The notes under the pieces were generated by a model. It did no database searches. It was not told the DNA's origin and saw nothing but the letters and a program-made list of their open reading frames with translations. Position numbers and translations under genes: made by a program. This document shows positions 60,051-64,000 of a stretch of 64,000 nt of DNA, piece after piece. Source of the stretch: Eledone cirrhosa (Eukaryota); NCBI GenBank assembly GCA_964016885.1, contig OZ024743.1, forward strand, positions 271,870,001 through 271,934,000. Direction: 5' to 3'. How positions within the stretch are numbered: the stretch's first letter is position 1; every line of letters starts with the position of its first letter.

Positions 60051-60262
60051 ACTTCGTAGTGACACTTCCAAGCTACCTTCTTATCAGCGTCAGTGATGGC
60101 CAGTACACCATCATTGTCAACACTTCATAGTGACACTTCCAAGCTACCTTCTTATCAGCGTCAGTGATGGCCAGTACACCATCATTGTCAACACTTCATA
60201 GTGACACTTCCAAGCTACCTTCTTATCAGCGTCAGTGATGGCCAGTACACCATCATCAACAC
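59983..60262. repeat. Four tandem 70-71-bp copies of the LINE 5' junction
   Basis: ttc(g/a)tagtgacacttccaagctaccttcttatcagcgtcagtgatggccagtacaccatcattgtcaacac repeated four times. Confidence 0.92.
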
Positions 60263-60960
60263 TCTACCGATACTGCCAATCCACCACCCTAATAATAATG
60301 GTTTCTGATTTAGTCACAAGGCTAACAATTTTTGGAGGAGGCAGCAGGGAAAGTCGATTAAATCGACCCCACTGCATTACTGGTATTTTGTTTTATTGAC
60401 CCCCATAAGGATGAAAGACAACACTAACTTTGGTGGGATTTGAACTCAGAAAGTAAAGGGATGTCACAAGCTGCAAAGCATGTTGTCCAATGCTCTACTG
60501 CTACTGCCAATCCAATAATAATAATTGTTTCTACTTTTGGCACAAGGCCAGCAATTATTCCAGTGCATTACTGGTACTTTATTTTATCGACCCCGTAAGG
60601 ATGAAAGGTAAAGTTAACCTTGGCGGGATTTGAACTTAGATCGTAAAGGGGGCATAACTCTAGGCTGCAAAGCATGGAGTCCGACCCTCTACCGATACTG
60701 CCAATCTACCAATAATAATACTAATAATGCTTTCTGATTTAGGCACAAGGCCAACAATTCTTGTGGGAGGAGAAAGTCGATTAAATTGACTCCAGTGCGT
60801 TACTGGTACTTTATTTTATCGACTCCATAAAGATGAAAAGCAAAGCTAACCTAAGTGGATTTGAAATCTGAACATAAAGGGTCATAACTATATGTTGTGA
60901 AGCATGGTGTCTGACAACCTACCAATACCGCCAATCCACTACCCTTAATATATAATAATA
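60257..60960 (-). mobile_element. Head-to-tail array of Meta-type tRNA SINEs with (AAT)n spacers
   Basis: Three full copies plus the head of the interrupted copy; another young copy at ~61930-62108. Confidence 0.85.
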
Positions 60961-62861
60961 ATGATTTCCAGCATTGATACAAGGTCAAGGTCAGGAAGTT
61001 ACCAGAGTGGAAGAAGATGAAAGATCATTTAATCAACCCCCAATAAGTGAATGAATAAATAAATAAATAAATAAATAAATAAATAGATTGGTTCTTCATT
61101 TTATTCAACTCCAGAAAGGATAAAAAGTCATTCAACTTTGGTAGGTTTTGAAGACAGAACCTTGGTGGGAGACAAAATATACCAGGGTCAACAATAGTAA
61201 TAATTTCTTACCTTAGCAGTATTGTCAATCGATTTTACTGAAATATATGAATGGAGTAGAGAGTGGGGGCTATATTTATTGCTCTCTGAGGGCAGAAAGT
61301 GTAAGACAGCCTTGGCAGGATTTGAACTCAGAACGTCAAGAATAAAAGGAAAAATAAATACTACACAAAGTCATTAGTGCACTCTAGGATATTTTTCAAA
61401 GAGGAAATTTTCAAAATAAAATTGTTTAACATTTGTCAAAAATTCTCTATATGTATTTTCTACATGATTTGAAAAAAGAAAATCTATTGAAACTATGCAA
61501 GTTGATGTTGGAATTAACCATTTTGATACCAAACTGCCTGAAACCACCACTACCTCTATGATACAAAACTGTCCGTTTTAAAGAGATCATATTTAAAACA
61601 ATATATATTTATACATAATTTTATGTAAAAATTGTTTGCTAAGTAATGCTCCAAACACCAACCTACTCATGAAAAAGTTAAGTTATTTTACTACATTCCT
61701 GTAAATATTTGATTATTTTCAAAATTAATTGCAACACATTGGCAGTGTATTTCATTAGAGATATAGTAATAAAAAAAGGTTAAGGGTTCAAGTACTGAAT
61801 AAAGCACCTCTTTCTAAGTGAAGGGTGGGTAAACAATAGAAAGAGAAAAGAAGGGAGGGCTGCTACAGTTGTTAATAAAACACAGATAACAAAACATGAA
61901 ATATCTTGTTTGGTTGGAATATTATTAATAATTGTTTCTACTTTAGGCACAAGGCCAGCAATTACCCAGTGCATTACTGGTACTTTATTCTATCGACCCC
62001 GTAAGGATAAAAGGCAAAGTCAACCTCGGCGGGATTTGAACTCAGATCGTAAAGGGACGTAACTATGCTGGAAAGCATGGCGTCCGACCCTCTACCGATA
62101 CTGCCAAAATAATGGTGAAGATCTATTGATGAAGGAGAGAGGTAGAGGAGAGAGAGAGATAGGCAGAGATAGAGGAGAGCGATATGGAAGAGAGAGAGAG
62201 AGAGAGAGAGAAAGATAAGGAGAGAGTGGCTGAGAATGGTAAGTGATGGAAGAATTAAGAGGGAAAGAAGAGAGAGTGGCATGAAGAACATAGATGTAGG
62301 GAAACCCTGTCCACTTGTGTACACCTCACTGTCAGCCATTTCTGATCAACACTAAATGTAATTAAAGTCTGCCCAAAGCCCAGAGATTCATCAGACTGGT
62401 GATAATCCTAGTTTAATTGGTATCAGGTGATAGACAGTATACACCTGGAATGCTAAGTTACCACAGAGGTTTCCCCCAGCTGCTGGTGCTCAAATCTTTC
62501 TAGGTGAGTGGAGTGGGGCAATAAAAATAAAGTACTTTGCTCATGTACATAACATATGTCCTGATCTGAGAGTTGAACTCATGACACTACCATCATGATT
62601 CGATCACCTTAACTATTAGGCGACCAATTTGGGGCTTGAAGTGAAAGCAACTGGTGCGTGTGTTTCTTATTGGCAACATGACACTCCCAAAGTATAACAA
62701 TATCGGTTTCAACACACGATTTCAGATAAAGAATCTTGCTAAACAAATTCAGAAACGAAATATATATATATATATATACAGATATGTGTATATATATATA
62801 TATACATATATATCTGTATATATATATATATATATATATGTGTGTATATATATATATATAT

Positions 62862-63186
62862 GGAGGCACATGGCTTAGTGGTTAGAGCATCATTGGCCTT
62901 CCAATCGAAAGGTTGTGAGTTCAATTCTCGGACCGGGTGATGTGTTGTTTCCTTGAGCAAGACACTTTATTTCACATTGCTCCAGTTTACTCAGCTGTAG
63001 AAATGAGATGATATGGACTGGGGTCCCTATCATTCCACTGTAAAGTGGTCATGTAGGCGCCACGGCACAAAAGCACCCAGCACTCACTGTATATGAGGTT
63101 GGTGTTAGGAAGGGCAACCAGCTGTAGAAATCAAGCCAGAATCAGTTCCCGTCCCACCCTTGCAAGCAGGGAAAAGCGGGCATAAA

Positions 63187-63220
<34 letters not shown>
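62862..63220 (+). mobile_element. tRNA-headed CORE-like SINE with an RTE-derived 3' tail and (GAT)n
   Basis: A box tggcttagtggttag, B box gagttcaattc, core ccttgagcaagacactt; tail ggttggtgttaggaagggcaaccagctgtagaaa matches the RTE 3'UTR. Confidence 0.8.
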
Positions 63221-63221
<1 letters not shown>

Positions 63222-63363
63222 ATATGTGTGTGTATATATATATATGTGTATATATATATATATATATGTGTATATATATATATATGTGTATATATATATA
63301 TAGATATATGTGTATATATATATGTGTATATATATATATAGATATATGTGTATATATATATGC

Positions 63364-63401
<38 letters not shown>

Positions 63402-63509
63402 AAATTAACAAAATATCTTCTACTGTCATTTCTCTAATACGACGAGTGTGTTTAACTCTAATGCACTCAAGTATTTTTATCTTATATATATATATGTGTA
63501 TATATAATT

Positions 63510-64000
63510 TACAAATTAAAGATAATATACCTAAAAAAATGTTTACTATCCTAGACAAGAACTTCCCGCCAAACCACAAATACCATCAAATTTTAAATAG
63601 ATCAACGGTTAAATTCTCCTACTCAACAACCAAAAACATAAAACAAAATATAAGTGCCTATAATGCATATAAATGTAAAAAAAACCATGAGTATACCACC
63701 AACACATCAAACTAACCATAATATCTCCTTTGATACAGGATTCACGAAAAGCTGTAACTGTAGAAACAAAGCAAATTGCCCATTAAAAGGAAATTGCCTT
63801 ATTAATAACATAGTATATAAATGTAAAGTTAACACTAAGGACTCAATTTATTTCTATATAGGAGCTACCTCTAACCAATTTAAAGTAAGATTTAATACGC
63901 ACAAACACAGTTTTAAAAATGCCGCATTAGCTAATACAACATCTTTAGCTGAAATAATTAATAATTATAGAAAGAGGAATATAGATTATGACCTGACCTG
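63510..64000 (+). mobile_element. Second PLE family (Naiad-like): RT thumb/linker and GIY-YIG fragment, running off the window
   Basis: [22 protein letters not shown]; CNCRNKANCPLKGNC; IVYKC...FYIGATSNQFKVRFNTHKHSF; starts in a (TA)-rich tract. Confidence 0.8.

Noticed and set aside
59983-60262. Regular repeats resembling a CRISPR array
   Set aside because: The units are contiguous, have no unique spacers and derive from LINE coding sequence. The context is eukaryotic and no cas genes are present.
61212-61237. Possible minus-strand micro-exon (tttcag ... gtaaga)
   Set aside because: It lies among decayed SINE sequence and has a weak pyrimidine tract; a chance match is likely.
63142-63500. 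Tyr/Ile-rich ORFs, also at 62609-62960 and 30058-30485
   Set aside because: These are translations of (TA)n and (CA)n-rich tracts.
63700-63830. Selenocysteine recoding, reported for some Naiad PLEs
   Set aside because: The linker cysteines here are TGT/TGC codons, and the ORF break is a frameshift with TAA, not an in-frame TGA at a conserved Cys.

Overview
AT-rich eukaryotic DNA full of microsatellites and made almost entirely of transposable elements. The SINE and LINE repertoire suggests an invertebrate, probably an octopus or other mollusc (inference). Contents: a 5'-truncated Gypsy LTR element with its 3' LTR, a degenerate Helitron and a non-autonomous Helitron, and two RTE-clade LINEs plus fragments. 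There are CR1/L2 and R4/Dong-like fragments, a CRE-clade RLE retrotransposon inside a TTAGG-containing minisatellite, and a full-length L1/Tx1 element with an intact 1139-aa ORF2 plus an inverted degenerate sister copy. Also present are a young Neptune-type Penelope-like element (RT + GIY-YIG) with an ~840-bp inverted repeat, many tRNA-derived SINEs and several MITEs. Two things stand out that the ORF track does not show. (1) A host gene on the minus strand: a signal-peptide exon at 666-752 (MWLFTVFAVLFLSVCQAKPWNESYSS) and a probable 32-nt 5'UTR micro-exon at 5099-5130. (2) A dense cluster of sequence-unrelated hammerhead ribozymes between ~13 and 32 kb, mostly inside near-perfect fold-back palindromes embedded in (TA)n tracts. 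Family names come from motifs read by eye, not from database searches.
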